A DNA stretch of 56,220 nucleotides from Oligoflexales bacterium (GTDB lineage Bacteria; Bdellovibrionota_B; Oligoflexia; Oligoflexales; Bog-1112), in assembly GCA_013215275.1 (NCBI GenBank), contig JABSRF010000003.1:1-56220 (forward strand), in the 5' to 3' direction. Numbering within the stretch: position 1 is the first letter of the stretch; each line of letters opens with the position of its first letter. The notes beneath the pieces are model-generated. The model was not told where the DNA came from. It ran no database searches and was given only the letters and a program-made list of their open reading frames with translations. Positions 20,254-30,775 of the stretch are shown in pieces. A program made the translations under genes and the position numbers.

Positions 20254-21575
20254 ATACCGCCACCTCTCCTGGCTTTGATGGTCCCTTGTTTAAGGAAGGC
20301 ATCGTAGCGAAGAGACTGTCTATGAGCATCTATTTGCCTAAACGTTTCTAGTGCAACACCTACCACAATCAGCAAACTAGTTCCTCCGAAGTAGAACTGA
20401 ACATTAAAACGTCCGGTCAAAATCGTTGGAAATACACAAATTGCGGAAAGGTAAATACCACCTACCAAGGTAAGGCGATTAAGCACCTTATGCAGATATT
20501 CTGCAGTCCTGGCGCCAGGCCTGATACCAGGCACGAATCCACCATGCTTCTTCAAGTTCTCAGCGACATCATCAGCCTTGAAGGTGATTGAGGTGTAAAA
20601 GAAAGCAAAGAAAACAATCAAGCTTACGTAAACCGTGTTGTACAACCAGCCACCAGGTATAAATGCCAAATTAATGAATTCAGCGATAAAGCTATCTGGT
20701 TTAATGGCTGCAATGGTTACGGGAAACTGTAACAGTGAGCTTGCAAAGATCGGTGGAATAACACCTGCAGTGTTAACCCTAATTGGTAAATGAGAAGACT
20801 GGCCACCGTATATCTTACGGCCAACCTGCCTTTTTGCATACTGAACAGGAATCTGTCTTGCTCCCTGCTCCATAAACACGACACCAGCTACCACAGCGAC
20901 ACATACGGTTGTCATCAATATGATTCTGAACAGATCCATCTGTTGGCTGGTGTACTGGGTGTAAGTGTTGGCCACCACACCCGGCAAGCCTGCAACGATA
21001 CCGGCAAAGATGATCAATGAGATACCGTTGCCGACACCTTTTTCTGTGATCTGCTCACCTAACCACATAACAAATGCGGTACCTGCAGCAAGTGATATAA
21101 CGGTCATCACCTTCCAAAGAAGGCTCGCATCCATCACAAGTGGGCCGCCGTTGAATTCTGAACTAGCTAATGTCGCTGACATCATATAGCCCTGAATAAC
21201 TGCAAGCAGAACAGTACCATAACGAGTGTATTGAGTGATCTTTTTCCGCCCAGCTTCGCCCTCTTTCGATAGCATTTCTAAATCAGGTACCACAACGGTT
21301 AAAAGCTGGGAGATAATTGATGCAGAGATGTAAGGCATCACACCCAAGGCGAATACTGAGAATCGCTCAAGTGCACCACCGGAGAACATGTTAAACATGC
21401 CAAAGAGGTTTGCCCCCTGGGATTGGAAAAATTCGCCTAATAAATAGGTATCCACACCAGGAATAGGAATGTGCACCCCGATTCTATACAAAGCTAGAAA
21501 AAATAGGGTGAACATGATCTTTTTCTGGAGATGGTTTATCCGGCCTTCTGGAAGCTTCTGGATGGGGCTTGCCAC
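20250..21575 (-). CDS. secY: preprotein translocase subunit SecY
   Basis: 441 aa with a 10-TM profile and conserved segments (LYRIGVHIPIPGVD, GISLIIFAGIVAG). The start is GTG, 2 nt after the rplO stop, with a GGAG SD. Confidence 0.97.
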   Translation of the reverse strand: MASPIQKLPEGRINHLQKKIMFTLFFLALYRIGVHIPIPGVDTYLLGEFFQSQGANLFGMFNMFSGGALERFSVFALGVMPYISASIISQLLTVVVPDLEMLSKEGEAGRKKITQYTRYGTVLLAVIQGYMMSATLASSEFNGGPLVMDASLLWKVMTVISLAAGTAFVMWLGEQITEKGVGNGISLIIFAGIVAGLPGVVANTYTQYTSQQMDLFRIILMTTVCVAVVAGVVFMEQGARQIPVQYAKRQVGRKIYGGQSSHLPIRVNTAGVIPPIFASSLLQFPVTIAAIKPDSFIAEFINLAFIPGGWLYNTVYVSLIVFFAFFYTSITFKADDVAENLKKHGGFVPGIRPGARTAEYLHKVLNRLTLVGGIYLSAICVFPTILTGRFNVQFYFGGTSLLIVVGVALETFRQIDAHRQSLRYDAFLKQGTIKARRGGGI

Positions 21576-21577
21576 AA

Positions 21578-22024
21578 TTAGATCTCCTGTGTTGAACCGC
21601 CTACACCTTCAATTGCTGCTTTAGCACTCTTGCTGAATTTTGCTGCCTTTACAGTCAGCTTCTTTTCAATTTTACCAGCACCTAGAATTTTAACAGGGTG
21701 CTTGAGGTTTCTGACAAGTCCGGCCTTAACCAAAGCTTCGGCGTCAACGACTGCTTCACTTTGGAAGGTTTCGAGATCTGCTAGGTTCACAATGTGAAAC
21801 TGCTTCATCGTACGAGTATTCTTAAAACCGTACTTTGGCAAACGTCTGTAAAGAGGGGTTTGACCACCTTCAAAACCTGGCGCTACTCCGCCGCCTTTTC
21901 GAGCCTTCTGGCCTTTGTGACCTTTACCTGCAGTTTTACCTTGCCCACTAGCAGGACCGCGACCAAGTCGCTTCTTATCCTTATTTGAGCCCTTAGCTGG
22001 ACTTAAGTTTCCTAAGTTCTTCAT
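21578..22024 (-). CDS. rplO: 50S ribosomal protein L15
   Basis: 148 aa (GRGPASGQGKTAGKGHKGQKARKGG, FEGGQTPLYRRLPK). Confidence 0.96.
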   Translation of the reverse strand: MKNLGNLSPAKGSNKDKKRLGRGPASGQGKTAGKGHKGQKARKGGGVAPGFEGGQTPLYRRLPKYGFKNTRTMKQFHIVNLADLETFQSEAVVDAEALVKAGLVRNLKHPVKILGAGKIEKKLTVKAAKFSKSAKAAIEGVGGSTQEI

Positions 22025-22043
22025 AAAGACACCTATTCATCAA

Positions 22044-22232
22044 CTATTCAGAGATTAATTCGTATTTAACAAGGTGACTAACTTTGTTTACCATCCCACG
22101 GATACAGTTATTGTCCTTATGAGTGCGGGAGGAGCCAATACCTTTTAAGCCCAGCCCAATTAGTACCTTTTCCATCTTCTTTGGATTGGCAATTGTGCTG
22201 CGGATCTGTGTTACTTTAATTTTTTGTCCCAT
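22044..22232 (-). CDS. rpmD: 50S ribosomal protein L30
   Basis: 62 aa (KIKVTQIRSTIANPKKMEKVLIGLGLKGIGS), between rpsE and rplO. Confidence 0.93.
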   Translation of the reverse strand: MGQKIKVTQIRSTIANPKKMEKVLIGLGLKGIGSSRTHKDNNCIRGMVNKVSHLVKYELISE

Positions 22233-22260
22233 TGGACCAACTCCAAACTAATATTATGCA

Positions 22261-22800
22261 TTAAGCTTCAGCTTCTTTGCTTGTTTCTTCGTGCCTAATT
22301 TGCTGAAGGCCTTCAGCGGGAACACCCCTAGCGTCAGCATACTGTTCGATAGTCATAAGCTGCCTCAAACCGTCGATGGTAGCACGCACAACATTGTGAG
22401 CATTCTTAGATCCGTGCACCTTACATACGATGTCTTGTAGACCACTTAATTCTACAAGTGTACGAACAGCACCACCAGCTATAATACCTTTACCAGATTT
22501 TGCCGGATACATTCTCACTCGTGAAGCGCCAAAGCGACCGTCAACCTCAAAAGGCAGGGTACCTTTCACTTGAGAGACGTCGATCAAACTCTTCTTAGCT
22601 TGTTCTGAAGCCTTCTTGATAGCGTCGGGAACTTCCCCTGCCTTTCCGACTCCAAAACCTACTTTGCTCTTACCATCACCAACGACAACGAGTGCACTAA
22701 AGCTAAAGCGTCTACCGCCCTTAACAACTTTGGCAACTCGGTTGATTGCTACGACACGATCTTGAAAACCGTCGGTTTCTTTTTCCTTAAAGTTAGACAA
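22261..22800 (-). CDS. rpsE: 30S ribosomal protein S5
   Basis: [28 protein letters not shown] is diagnostic. I favour the TTG at 22800 (GGAG SD 6 nt upstream). The tracked ORF starts at a TTG at 22812. Confidence 0.93.
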   Translation of the reverse strand: MSNFKEKETDGFQDRVVAINRVAKVVKGGRRFSFSALVVVGDGKSKVGFGVGKAGEVPDAIKKASEQAKKSLIDVSQVKGTLPFEVDGRFGASRVRMYPAKSGKGIIAGGAVRTLVELSGLQDIVCKVHGSKNAHNVVRATIDGLRQLMTIEQYADARGVPAEGLQQIRHEETSKEAEA

Positions 22801-22859
22801 TGTTAGCTCCAACGCTATGAGTAATCAGAACAATTCTGTTCAAAATTCATTTACCAATC

Positions 22860-23219
22860 TTAGAAAACCAAGCCACCTTCGCGTGCGCCTTCAGCCAATG
22901 CTTTTACGCGCCCGTGGTATTGGTTACCATTTTTATCGAAAACGATCTTTTCGATATTCTTTTCTTTGCATCGAGCCGAAATCAACTTGCCGATTTCGCC
23001 ACAAACTTCAGTATTAGCAACGCGATGGTTTCCTTTTTCAAAGGAGCTTGCTGATACAAGGGTTTTTCCGGCGATATCGTCGATCACTTGCGCGTATACG
23101 TGTCTAGCAGACTTAAAAACGGAAAGGCGAGGTCTTGCTTCGGTACCACTAACCTTTTGGCGTACCCTCTTCTTCCGCTTAACTCTTAAATATTCTTTTC
23201 TCTTGATCTTGTTATCCAT
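22860..23219 (-). CDS. rplR: 50S ribosomal protein L18
   Basis: 119 aa (RPRLSVFKSARHVYAQVIDD...YHGRVKALAEGAREGGL). Confidence 0.96.
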   Translation of the reverse strand: MDNKIKRKEYLRVKRKKRVRQKVSGTEARPRLSVFKSARHVYAQVIDDIAGKTLVSASSFEKGNHRVANTEVCGEIGKLISARCKEKNIEKIVFDKNGNQYHGRVKALAEGAREGGLVF

Positions 23220-23243
23220 GGCTACTGGCCCGTACGATTAAGG

Positions 23244-23795
23244 TTATTTTTTACCTGCTGATTTACCTACTTTGGTGACAATAACTTCATCGGCATAACG
23301 AACACCTTTTCCATGATATGGCTCAGGCTTTCTAAATGCTCGGATATTAGCAGCTGTTTGTCCAACCAACTCTTTGTCGGCGCCGCTTACTACCACCATT
23401 GGGTCTTTACCCAGCTTGTCTACTTTTATTTCGATACCTTGTGGAATTGGGTAAACGACAGGATGACTGTAACCCAAGGTCAATTGAAGATCCTTGCCAG
23501 CTACCGCTGCCCTGTAACCAACACCACGGAGTAACAACCTTTTCGAGAAACCGTTAGCCACACCTTCAACCATGTTGTTAACCAAACTTCTGGTTAATCC
23601 ATGGAAGTTGAATGCTGGTTTAGCTGGGTCAACAGGAGAGACTCTAATCAAAGAGTCACCCATCTCTACCTTCATAGAAGGATGGATTTGCCTTGATAAG
23701 GCACCTTTTGGACCCTTAACGGAAATGGTTGAACCGTCAAGTTTAACGTCAACTCCGGTAGGTACTTTTATTTCCTTTTTGCCGATACGTGACAT
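23244..23795 (-). CDS. rplF: 50S ribosomal protein L6
   Basis: 183 aa (MSRIGKKEIKVPTGVDVKLDGSTISVKGPKG...GYSHPV). Confidence 0.96.
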   Translation of the reverse strand: MSRIGKKEIKVPTGVDVKLDGSTISVKGPKGALSRQIHPSMKVEMGDSLIRVSPVDPAKPAFNFHGLTRSLVNNMVEGVANGFSKRLLLRGVGYRAAVAGKDLQLTLGYSHPVVYPIPQGIEIKVDKLGKDPMVVVSGADKELVGQTAANIRAFRKPEPYHGKGVRYADEVIVTKVGKSAGKK

Positions 23796-23814
23796 TTCTA
23801 TTTACCTCAATCTT

Positions 23815-24219
23815 TTAATAAACGGAACAGAGGTACTCACCACCAATGTTTCTTTTTCTAGCTTCACGACAGGTCATAACACCTTGCGATGTAGAAAGGA
23901 TACCAATACCAAAACCATTCTTTACGTATGGCACGGTTTGAGCGGTTACATAGCGCCTACAACCTGGCTTGCTTTCCCTTTTCAAAGACTCGATAACGCC
24001 TTTTTGGGTAGCGCCTTCACGATACTTCAAGGCAATCTTGATGATACCTTGCTTGTTGTCTCTTACGCATTTATAGGCTCTGATAAAACCTTCTTGCTTC
24101 AACAAGTGCGTGACTGCTATCTTCATTTTTGATGCCGGGACTGTAACCACGTCGAAGCCAGCTTTCTGACCGTTACGAATCCTAGTTAATAGATCGGCAA
24201 TAGGATCTGTAATATTCAT
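23815..24219 (-). CDS. rpsH: 30S ribosomal protein S8
   Basis: 134 aa from the ATG at 24219 (GGAG SD): MNITDPIADLLTRIRNGQKA. The tracked ORF start at 24252 overlaps rpsN. Confidence 0.95.
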   Translation of the reverse strand: MNITDPIADLLTRIRNGQKAGFDVVTVPASKMKIAVTHLLKQEGFIRAYKCVRDNKQGIIKIALKYREGATQKGVIESLKRESKPGCRRYVTAQTVPYVKNGFGIGILSTSQGVMTCREARKRNIGGEYLCSVY

Positions 24220-24245
24220 TGCCCATAAACTCCAATTATTCGTCG

Positions 24246-24431
24246 TTACCAAGAAGCCTTAAGAACACCAGGCAAAAACCCTTTTAGAGCCATGGTTCTA
24301 AAACAAATACGACACAATCCAAATTTTCTATAAACAGCCTTTGGCCTACCACACTTGTTGCAACGGGTATAAGCGCGAGTTGAAAACTTGGGCTTCCTGT
24401 TTGCTTTTTCGATTAAAGCTTTTCTAGCCAC
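24246..24431 (-). CDS. rpsN: 30S ribosomal protein S14, short zinc-binding (type Z) form
   Basis: 61 aa with CNKCGRP...CRIC, a GTG start, and the usual position between rplE and rpsH. Confidence 0.95.
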   Translation of the reverse strand: MARKALIEKANRKPKFSTRAYTRCNKCGRPKAVYRKFGLCRICFRTMALKGFLPGVLKASW

Positions 24432-24439
24432 GGGGACTC

Positions 24440-24994
24440 CTACTTGCGAAAGGGAAAGTTAAATTTATCTAGTAGCGCTTTCCCTTGAACATCATCTTTC
24501 GCTGAGGTTACGATTGTAATACCTAAACCTCTGACACGATCAACCTTGTCATAATCGATCTCGGGAAATACAATTTGCTCTTTTAACCCTAGGGTATAGT
24601 TCCCCCGCCCATCAAAAGCCTTTGGTGAGTAACCGCGAAAGTCTCTTATACGGGGAATTGCGACATTTATCAACCTTTCAAGGAATTCGTACATTCTTTT
24701 TCCTCTTAAGGTGACGCTACAGCCAATAGGCATTCCATCACGTAACTTGAAGCCAGCAATACTCTTTTTTGCTTTAGTCATAACAGGCTTTTGACCGGTA
24801 ATATTGGTCAAGTCGGTTACAGCCGCTTCTAAAAATTTAATGTTTTGAACCGCCTCACCTTGACCACAGTTGACCACAACCTTCTCAATGCGAGGAACTT
24901 TCATAACATTTTGAATTCCTAGCTCTTTTTGAAGCTGCGGAACCACAACCTGGTATTCTTTCAAATATCTTGGCACGTAACTAGCCACTTTCAT
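24440..24994 (-). CDS. rplE: 50S ribosomal protein L5
   Basis: 184 aa ([20 protein letters not shown]...). A GTG two codons downstream of the ATG is spaced better from the GGAGAG SD. Confidence 0.95.
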   Translation of the reverse strand: MKVASYVPRYLKEYQVVVPQLQKELGIQNVMKVPRIEKVVVNCGQGEAVQNIKFLEAAVTDLTNITGQKPVMTKAKKSIAGFKLRDGMPIGCSVTLRGKRMYEFLERLINVAIPRIRDFRGYSPKAFDGRGNYTLGLKEQIVFPEIDYDKVDRVRGLGITIVTSAKDDVQGKALLDKFNFPFRK

Positions 24995-25027
24995 CTCTCC
25001 AAATCAGGTCTTACCCGGGTAATATTA

Positions 25028-25399
25028 TTAGAGAACTTCCGGAGCAAGAGAAGCAATACGGATATAGCCTTTGTTTCTAACTTCCCTTGAAACAGGTCCA
25101 AATATACGAGTTCCAACTGGCTCATTTTCCTTACCCTTGATTAGAACACAAGCGTTCTCGTCAAAACGAATGGTCGATCCATCCTCACGGGTAATTGGGG
25201 CAGCAGTTCTTACGATTACCGCCTTGTGTACCGAGCCTTTTTTAACCTTACTGTTAGCAAGAGCTTCTTTGATAGAAACCATAATGACATCGCCGACACC
25301 GGCCGTTAGACGCTTACTACCGCCTAGTACTTTGATGCATTTTACTTGCTTTGCACCGGAATTATCACCGGCCTTTAAAACTGATTCCATTTGTATCAT
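25028..25399 (-). CDS. rplN: 50S ribosomal protein L14
   Basis: 123 aa from the ATG at 25399 ([28 protein letters not shown]...IASLAPEVL). Confidence 0.96.
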   Translation of the reverse strand: MIQMESVLKAGDNSGAKQVKCIKVLGGSKRLTAGVGDVIMVSIKEALANSKVKKGSVHKAVIVRTAAPITREDGSTIRFDENACVLIKGKENEPVGTRIFGPVSREVRNKGYIRIASLAPEVL

Positions 25400-25439
25400 G
25401 GTATTCGCCCCAATAAACAAGCTTTAGGCTTGTTGCCTT

Positions 25440-25712
25440 CTATTCTTTAGCCTCTTTCACGATGCTCAAAAGTCTAAAACTCTTACGCGCACTCATCGGT
25501 CTTGTCGGTGTAATCAAAACTTCATCGCCAAGTTTCGATGCATTCTTTTCATCGTGAAACATAAACTTAGTCGTTTTTTTGATGTATTTTCCGACAACTG
25601 GATGCTTAACCATACGCTCGACTGTGACCACACGAGTCTTGTCCATTTTCGCGCTGGTAACTACACCGCGGACTGACTTTTGCTTTTTTACTTCACCACT
25701 ACTCACTTGCAC
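25440..25712 (-). CDS. rpsQ: 30S ribosomal protein S17
   Basis: 90 aa (RGVVTSAKMDKTRVVTVERMVKHPVVGKYIKKTTKFMFHDE), with a GTG start 5 nt after the rpmC stop. Confidence 0.94.
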   Translation of the reverse strand: MQVSSGEVKKQKSVRGVVTSAKMDKTRVVTVERMVKHPVVGKYIKKTTKFMFHDEKNASKLGDEVLITPTRPMSARKSFRLLSIVKEAKE

Positions 25713-25717
25713 ACCTT

Positions 25718-25933
25718 TTAATGAGATGATTGATTCATCAAATTTCTTTTGTAAGTCATAACCCTTGCGAGGTTTTTCTTTAAGTTTTTTACCTTTCCAG
25801 TGTGAAGCTTCTTGTCAGTGAAAATATCTAAGCGAATTTTCGCAAGTTCTTTTCTTATGTCCACTTCAACTTCATTAAGTCTGGCTCGGTCAAAGTTGCT
25901 GATATCGTCTTTTTTAAGTTTCTCTAGTTCCAT
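25718..25933 (-). CDS. rpmC: 50S ribosomal protein L29
   Basis: 71 aa, helical and rich in K, E and L, between rplP and rpsQ. Confidence 0.9.
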   Translation of the reverse strand: MELEKLKKDDISNFDRARLNEVEVDIRKELAKIRLDIFTDKKLHTGKVKNLKKNLARVMTYKRNLMNQSSH

Positions 25934-25942
25934 GATCTTTCC

Positions 25943-26365
25943 TTAGATCCAAGGGTCATCATTTTTCACTAATAATCGTGTTTTCACGGGAAGCTTAGCA
26001 GCTGCAAGTTGAAGTGCTTCAACCGCTAATTCTTTTTCAATCCCGCCGATTTCGTACAGAACCCTTCCAGGCCGTACTTTAGCAGCATAGTGATCCACAG
26101 ACCCTTTACCTTTACCCATACGTACTTCAGCAGGCTTCTTGCTAACTGGAGTATCAGGAAAGATCTTAATCCAGACCTGACCACCACGTTTGGTCTTTCT
26201 GGTCATGGCAATCCTGGCTGCTTCTATCTGCCGAGCAGTTATACGCCCTCCTTCGAGAGACATCAAGCCAAAATCGCCGAAAGCAAGATGATTACCTGAT
26301 TGAGCTTGCCCTCGAATTCTGCGCTTCTGCTGCTTTCTAAATTTCATTTTCTTTGGCGCTAACAT
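25943..26365 (-). CDS. rplP: 50S ribosomal protein L16
   Basis: 140 aa ([19 protein letters not shown]...[13 protein letters not shown]). Confidence 0.96.
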   Translation of the reverse strand: MLAPKKMKFRKQQKRRIRGQAQSGNHLAFGDFGLMSLEGGRITARQIEAARIAMTRKTKRGGQVWIKIFPDTPVSKKPAEVRMGKGKGSVDHYAAKVRPGRVLYEIGGIEKELAVEALQLAAAKLPVKTRLLVKNDDPWI

Positions 26366-26395
26366 TGACCTTCTCCTTGCAACTTCGTCTAAGAC

Positions 26396-27037
26396 TTATG
26401 CCTTATCAAGTATCTCGCCGTTAAAAATCCAAACTTTAATCCCGATAAGACCGTAAGTTGTAAGCGCTTCCGCTGTACCGTAGTCAATATCAGCTCTCAA
26501 GGTGTGCAAAGGAACTCGTCCTTCATGGTATCGCTCAACGCGAGACATATCTGCCCCACCCAAACGACCAGAGCACTGTACCTTGATCCCCTTAGCACCG
26601 GCTTTAATAGCACTAGCAATTGCTTTTTTCATCGCCCGTCGGAAGGACACACGGCGTTCTAGCTGCTGGCGAATGCTGTCAGCTACGATTTGCGCGTCGG
26701 TATCAGGCTTCTTGACTTCATACACGTTTAACGTAGGCTCAGCTGAGCTGATCTTACAGATCTTTACAAGCTCATCTTTTAGCGCTTCAGCTCCGGCACC
26801 TTTTTTACCGATGATAATTCCAGGGCGATTGCTATGAATATTTACTTTAAGGTTCTTCGCCGCCCGTTCAATATCAACTTTAGCTACACCAGCTGCAGAG
26901 AATTTCTTAGCGATATAATTACGAATTGCAATGTCTTCGCTTACGAAACTCGCATAATTCTTAGCTGCATACCAACGTGACGACCAAGTCTTGACTACAC
27001 CTAAACGAAAACCAGTTGGATGTACTTTTTGTCCCAC
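26396..27037 (-). CDS. rpsC: 30S ribosomal protein S3
   Basis: 213 aa with a GTG start and [14 protein letters not shown]. The KH and C-terminal domains are present. Confidence 0.96.
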   Translation of the reverse strand: MGQKVHPTGFRLGVVKTWSSRWYAAKNYASFVSEDIAIRNYIAKKFSAAGVAKVDIERAAKNLKVNIHSNRPGIIIGKKGAGAEALKDELVKICKISSAEPTLNVYEVKKPDTDAQIVADSIRQQLERRVSFRRAMKKAIASAIKAGAKGIKVQCSGRLGGADMSRVERYHEGRVPLHTLRADIDYGTAEALTTYGLIGIKVWIFNGEILDKA

Positions 27038-27054
27038 CGACCTATTCCTTCCAA

Positions 27055-27393
27055 TTAGAGCTCTTTCAGCTCAACTGTTATATGTGACGTTCTTTTGCGA
27101 ATTGGTGTCGCTCTTCCTTGAGCTCGTGGAAGAAAGCGCTTCATAGTAGGACCTTCATCTACAAACACCTCACTCACAACCAAATGATCAACGTCTACTG
27201 TTGCTACATTCTGTGCATTAGCGATTGCTGAGTTAATCATCTTAGCAACCACAGGGGCAGCTCTTTTATTTGTAAACTTAAGAATGTCCAAGGCATCTTG
27301 CACATGCTTACCGCGAACTAGGTCGACGACCAAACGCGCTTTACGAGGAGCGATCCTCACTGCTTTTAAATATGACTTATAGGCTTCTGTCAT
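27055..27393 (-). CDS. rplV: 50S ribosomal protein L22
   Basis: 112 aa ([27 protein letters not shown]...[15 protein letters not shown]). Confidence 0.95.
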   Translation of the reverse strand: MTEAYKSYLKAVRIAPRKARLVVDLVRGKHVQDALDILKFTNKRAAPVVAKMINSAIANAQNVATVDVDHLVVSEVFVDEGPTMKRFLPRAQGRATPIRKRTSHITVELKEL

Positions 27394-27425
27394 GACTCTA
27401 TATCCCTAACTTACGCATTTAGCGA

Positions 27426-27689
27426 TTACTTTTTGCCAGTTTTAACATGGCCTTTGTAGTTCCTAGTCGGTGAGAACTCACCAAGCTTGTGCCCCACCAT
27501 ATCTTCGTTCACGTAAACAGGGACAAACTTTTTGCCATTATGGACAGCAAACGTCAAACCAACAAAATCAGGAAGAATAGTCGAACGTCTACTCCACGTC
27601 TTTACAGGTTTTTTGTCTTGCTTAGCCTGCTCAACCTTTTTGAGCAAATAATCATCAACAAATGGGCCTTTTTTTATCGAACGAGCCAC
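27426..27689 (-). CDS. rpsS: 30S ribosomal protein S19
   Basis: 87 aa with a GTG start ([18 protein letters not shown]...[23 protein letters not shown]). Confidence 0.96.
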   Translation of the reverse strand: MARSIKKGPFVDDYLLKKVEQAKQDKKPVKTWSRRSTILPDFVGLTFAVHNGKKFVPVYVNEDMVGHKLGEFSPTRNYKGHVKTGKK

Positions 27690-27705
27690 AAAAGCCTCCT
27701 AAATA

Positions 27706-28530
27706 TTATTTCTTGCGTCTTTTGATAATTAGTTTATCAGTCCGCTTGTTCTTACGGGTTTTATGACCTTTAGTTGGCACAGCCCATGGAGTAACCGGAT
27801 GACGCCCACCAGAAGTACGGCCTTCACCACCACCATGCGGGTGATCAACTGGGTTCATGGCAACACCTCTTACGGTAGGCCTTCTACCCAATTTTCTAGC
27901 CTTACCTGCTTTGCCTAGCTTTGTATTGGAATAATCGCTATTGCTAACCACACCAATCGTTGCGATGCAAGTTTCAGGAATCTTACGAAGCTCACCTGAT
28001 GGCATCTTAAGCTGAGCATAACCTTCAGTACGACCTGCAAGCTGACAACGTCCTCCTGCAGAGCGAGCTAACTGCCCACCTTTACCAGGACGCATTTCAA
28101 CATTGTGAACCATCGTACCGATTGGAATATTCTTCAATGGCATTGCGTTGCCAGGCTTAATATCCGCTTGGCTGGAAGCCACAACCTTATCACCCTTTTT
28201 CAGTCCTTCAGGGTGAATGATGTAGCGACGTTCGCCATCTGCATACAAAATACGCGCAATGAAAGCTGTACGGTTAGGATCGTACTCAATGTACTCTACC
28301 TTGCCAACAATATCCATTTTGTTGCGTTTGAAATCGATGACACGATAAGCACGCTTAACTCGTCCACCTTTGTGACGAACCGTAATACGACCAGCGTTGT
28401 TACGCCCACTTTTACGGCTGAGGCTTTCAGTAAGTGGCTTATAGGGCTCGACTTTGTCAAGGCAGCTATAGTCAACTACAGCCATGCCTCTCTGACCAGG
28501 TGTCATTCCTCTGTAAATCTTCATACCCAT
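27706..28530 (-). CDS. rplB: 50S ribosomal protein L2
   Basis: 274 aa ([28 protein letters not shown]). Confidence 0.97.
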   Translation of the reverse strand: MGMKIYRGMTPGQRGMAVVDYSCLDKVEPYKPLTESLSRKSGRNNAGRITVRHKGGRVKRAYRVIDFKRNKMDIVGKVEYIEYDPNRTAFIARILYADGERRYIIHPEGLKKGDKVVASSQADIKPGNAMPLKNIPIGTMVHNVEMRPGKGGQLARSAGGRCQLAGRTEGYAQLKMPSGELRKIPETCIATIGVVSNSDYSNTKLGKAGKARKLGRRPTVRGVAMNPVDHPHGGGEGRTSGGRHPVTPWAVPTKGHKTRKNKRTDKLIIKRRKK

Positions 28531-28553
28531 ATCGATCAGCTCTCTTTTCGCTA

Positions 28554-28838
28554 TTAGCCTTCAAAAATATCTAGCTTTTGACCTTGATGAAGCGTAACAA
28601 CCGCTTTCTTTTTATTACTACTCATGCTTACGTGCATTCCCTTACGGCGCATTTTGCCTCGGGTAATACAGGTATTCACGCTTGCAACCTTCACATCAAA
28701 TAGAGCCTCTACAGCTGCTTTGACATCATACTTACTCGCATCACGCTTGATTTCGAAGGTGTACTTTGATTCCCGCTCTCTGCTTGCATCGCTTTTTTCA
28801 GACAACACTGGTCTGACGATCACACTATAAGGATTCAT
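28554..28838 (-). CDS. rplW: 50S ribosomal protein L23
   Basis: 94 aa ([11 protein letters not shown]...[27 protein letters not shown]). Its start overlaps the rplD stop (TAATG). Confidence 0.94.
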   Translation of the reverse strand: MNPYSVIVRPVLSEKSDASRERESKYTFEIKRDASKYDVKAAVEALFDVKVASVNTCITRGKMRRKGMHVSMSSNKKKAVVTLHQGQKLDIFEG

Positions 28839-29461
28839 TATTTCTCACCTCCGAACCTTTGCTCCAATGCCTTAAGAGCAGTTTCGCTAAGCACTAGAGT
28901 CTCGTGACGAAGCACTTGCTCAGCGTTCATCTCGCTGGAAAGCACCGCATCCACTTTGTGGATGTTTCTTGCAGAACGGTAAAGAAAGTCATCCTTACGC
29001 TCATCTGCCAACAAAGCGTTAGTGCTGAATACCTTAAGCGCTCCAACAATATGCTTCGTGCTGTAGCTGTTGATTGCAAAATCATCAACTAAGATCAGCT
29101 TGTTATGCTTAACTTTGTCGCTTAGTGCGATCTTCAAAGCAAGCTGCTTAACTTTCTTATTTACTTGCTGACGGTAATCTCGTGGCTGCGGCCCGTGAGC
29201 AGTCGCTCCACCAGGCATCAAAGGAGAACGACTACTCCCTTGACGAGCATTACCAGTTCCTTTTTGACGGAAAGGCTTTTTCCCACCACCAGAAACTAAG
29301 CTTCTAGTTTTTGTAGCATGGGTGCCCTGACGTCTATTTGCACGATACGCTTTCACAACCGAGTGCAAAACCGCTTCGTTCATATCCACACCGTAGATGG
29401 ATTCAGGAAGGTCGTAGTCTTTGACCTTTTCTCCCTTGATGTTAATTACATCCCATTTCAT
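28838..29461 (-). CDS. rplD: 50S ribosomal protein L4
   Basis: 207 aa (ANRRQGTHATKTRSLVSGGGKKPFRQKGTGNARQGS). Confidence 0.96.
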   Translation of the reverse strand: MKWDVINIKGEKVKDYDLPESIYGVDMNEAVLHSVVKAYRANRRQGTHATKTRSLVSGGGKKPFRQKGTGNARQGSSRSPLMPGGATAHGPQPRDYRQQVNKKVKQLALKIALSDKVKHNKLILVDDFAINSYSTKHIVGALKVFSTNALLADERKDDFLYRSARNIHKVDAVLSSEMNAEQVLRHETLVLSETALKALEQRFGGEK

Positions 29462-29486
29462 GATTCAATCCTCACTCTCAGGGCAC

Positions 29487-30134
29487 TTACTTCTTGTTAG
29501 TAGGCCTAATTTCCAATAAACCTTCGCGGTGACCAGGAACCGACCCCTTAATAGCGATCAGGTTGTTCTCGGTGTCCACATCCATAACCCGCACATTCTT
29601 TACGGTGCGAGCCACGACACCCATATGGCCAGGCTGGTGCTTATTTTTATACACACGCCCTGGAGTGGTGCACTGTCCCAAAGAACCCGGACGTCTATGG
29701 AAGCGCGAACCATGAGTCATACGACCGATGCTCGCATTCCAACGTTTAACAGCCCCCTGAAACCCTCGACCTTTCGTGATACCCGTAACATCGACAGCCG
29801 CAACTTCTTTAAATTGCTCTGCAGTCATCGCTGTACCCAGCTCAACTGAAAATTGCTCAGGTGTTCTAAACTCTCTGAATCGTGCAAAATTTTCTTCAAT
29901 ACTGTCTTTACGCAAGCGATTCACGTCAGCTTTAGTCAGATTTTTTTCAGATTTTTTAAAGAAGCCAACCTGAAAACCCTGATACCCATTTTTCTCTTGG
30001 GTAAGGATTTTAGTAACCTTCTGCTCTTCTACTTTCAAAAGAGTCACTGGTATCAACTTACCATCAGCATCAACCATCCTGGTCATGCCAACTTTTCTGA
30101 CAATAAGTCCTTTATCGCTAATCTTCGCCATCAT
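29487..30134 (-). CDS. rplC: 50S ribosomal protein L3
   Basis: 215 aa from the tandem ATG at 30134 (MMAKISDKGLIVRKVGMTRM...). The tracked ORF start at 30164 has no SD. Confidence 0.95.
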   Translation of the reverse strand: MMAKISDKGLIVRKVGMTRMVDADGKLIPVTLLKVEEQKVTKILTQEKNGYQGFQVGFFKKSEKNLTKADVNRLRKDSIEENFARFREFRTPEQFSVELGTAMTAEQFKEVAAVDVTGITKGRGFQGAVKRWNASIGRMTHGSRFHRRPGSLGQCTTPGRVYKNKHQPGHMGVVARTVKNVRVMDVDTENNLIAIKGSVPGHREGLLEIRPTNKK

Positions 30135-30198
30135 GTAACCTATTCTGGTTGTTAAGCCTTGCACTTCCGTTATTGGCTAATTAAAGCCACAGGCACCC

Positions 30199-30510
30199 TT
30201 AATAAAGCTTAATTTCCACATCAACCCCAGAAGCCAAATCTAGCTTCATAAGAGCATCAATCGTTTGCTGCTTTGGTTCTAAAATATCTAAAACCCTTTT
30301 ATGGGTTCTTACCTCAAACTGCTCTCTTGATTTCTTGTTCACGTGAGGACTACGCAATACAGTGTAACGATTAATCCCAGTTGGAAGAGGAACCGGTCCG
30401 GCGATACGCGCACCTGTGCGCTTTGCTCTCTCGATGATCTCTGCTGCGGATCTATCAATTAACCTGTGGTCGTAACCACGCAAACGAATCCTGATCTTTT
30501 GGCTTTCCAT
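30199..30510 (-). CDS. rpsJ: 30S ribosomal protein S10
   Basis: 103 aa ([40 protein letters not shown]). It is the first gene of the cluster. Confidence 0.97.
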   Translation of the reverse strand: MESQKIRIRLRGYDHRLIDRSAAEIIERAKRTGARIAGPVPLPTGINRYTVLRSPHVNKKSREQFEVRTHKRVLDILEPKQQTIDALMKLDLASGVDVEIKLY

Positions 30511-30650
30511 TTTTGAATGACCTTAACTGTCAGATTCCTAGGTAATAATAATTCTCAGGGGCGGAAGGATTCCACGATACAAAAAGGTATGTCGCTGTTC
30601 TTAAACGGCATTGGCTTGCATTGCAGGCTTACCGCACCTGAAGAGAACAA

Positions 30651-30679
30651 AATATAGACCATGAATGCTGGATTGTCAA
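30651..30679 (-). promoter_or_regulatory. near-consensus sigma70 promoter of the S10 (rpsJ) operon
   Basis: Minus strand reads TTGACA (30679-30674), a 17-nt spacer, then TATATT (30656-30651). The predicted leader before the rpsJ ATG is about 130 nt and contains small hairpins. Confidence 0.6.
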
Positions 30680-30775
30680 GGTTTTTACTAATTCACGCAG
30701 CTATAATACGATAAGTAACGGAAAATCATCCTAAACTAAATAAGTTTGTTTCGTAGGTCAGTTCTGGGAGTAACA

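Noticed and set aside
23572-24132. A 186-aa plus-strand ORF.
   Set aside because: It lies entirely antisense to rplF and rpsH, with no SD and no recognisable motif.
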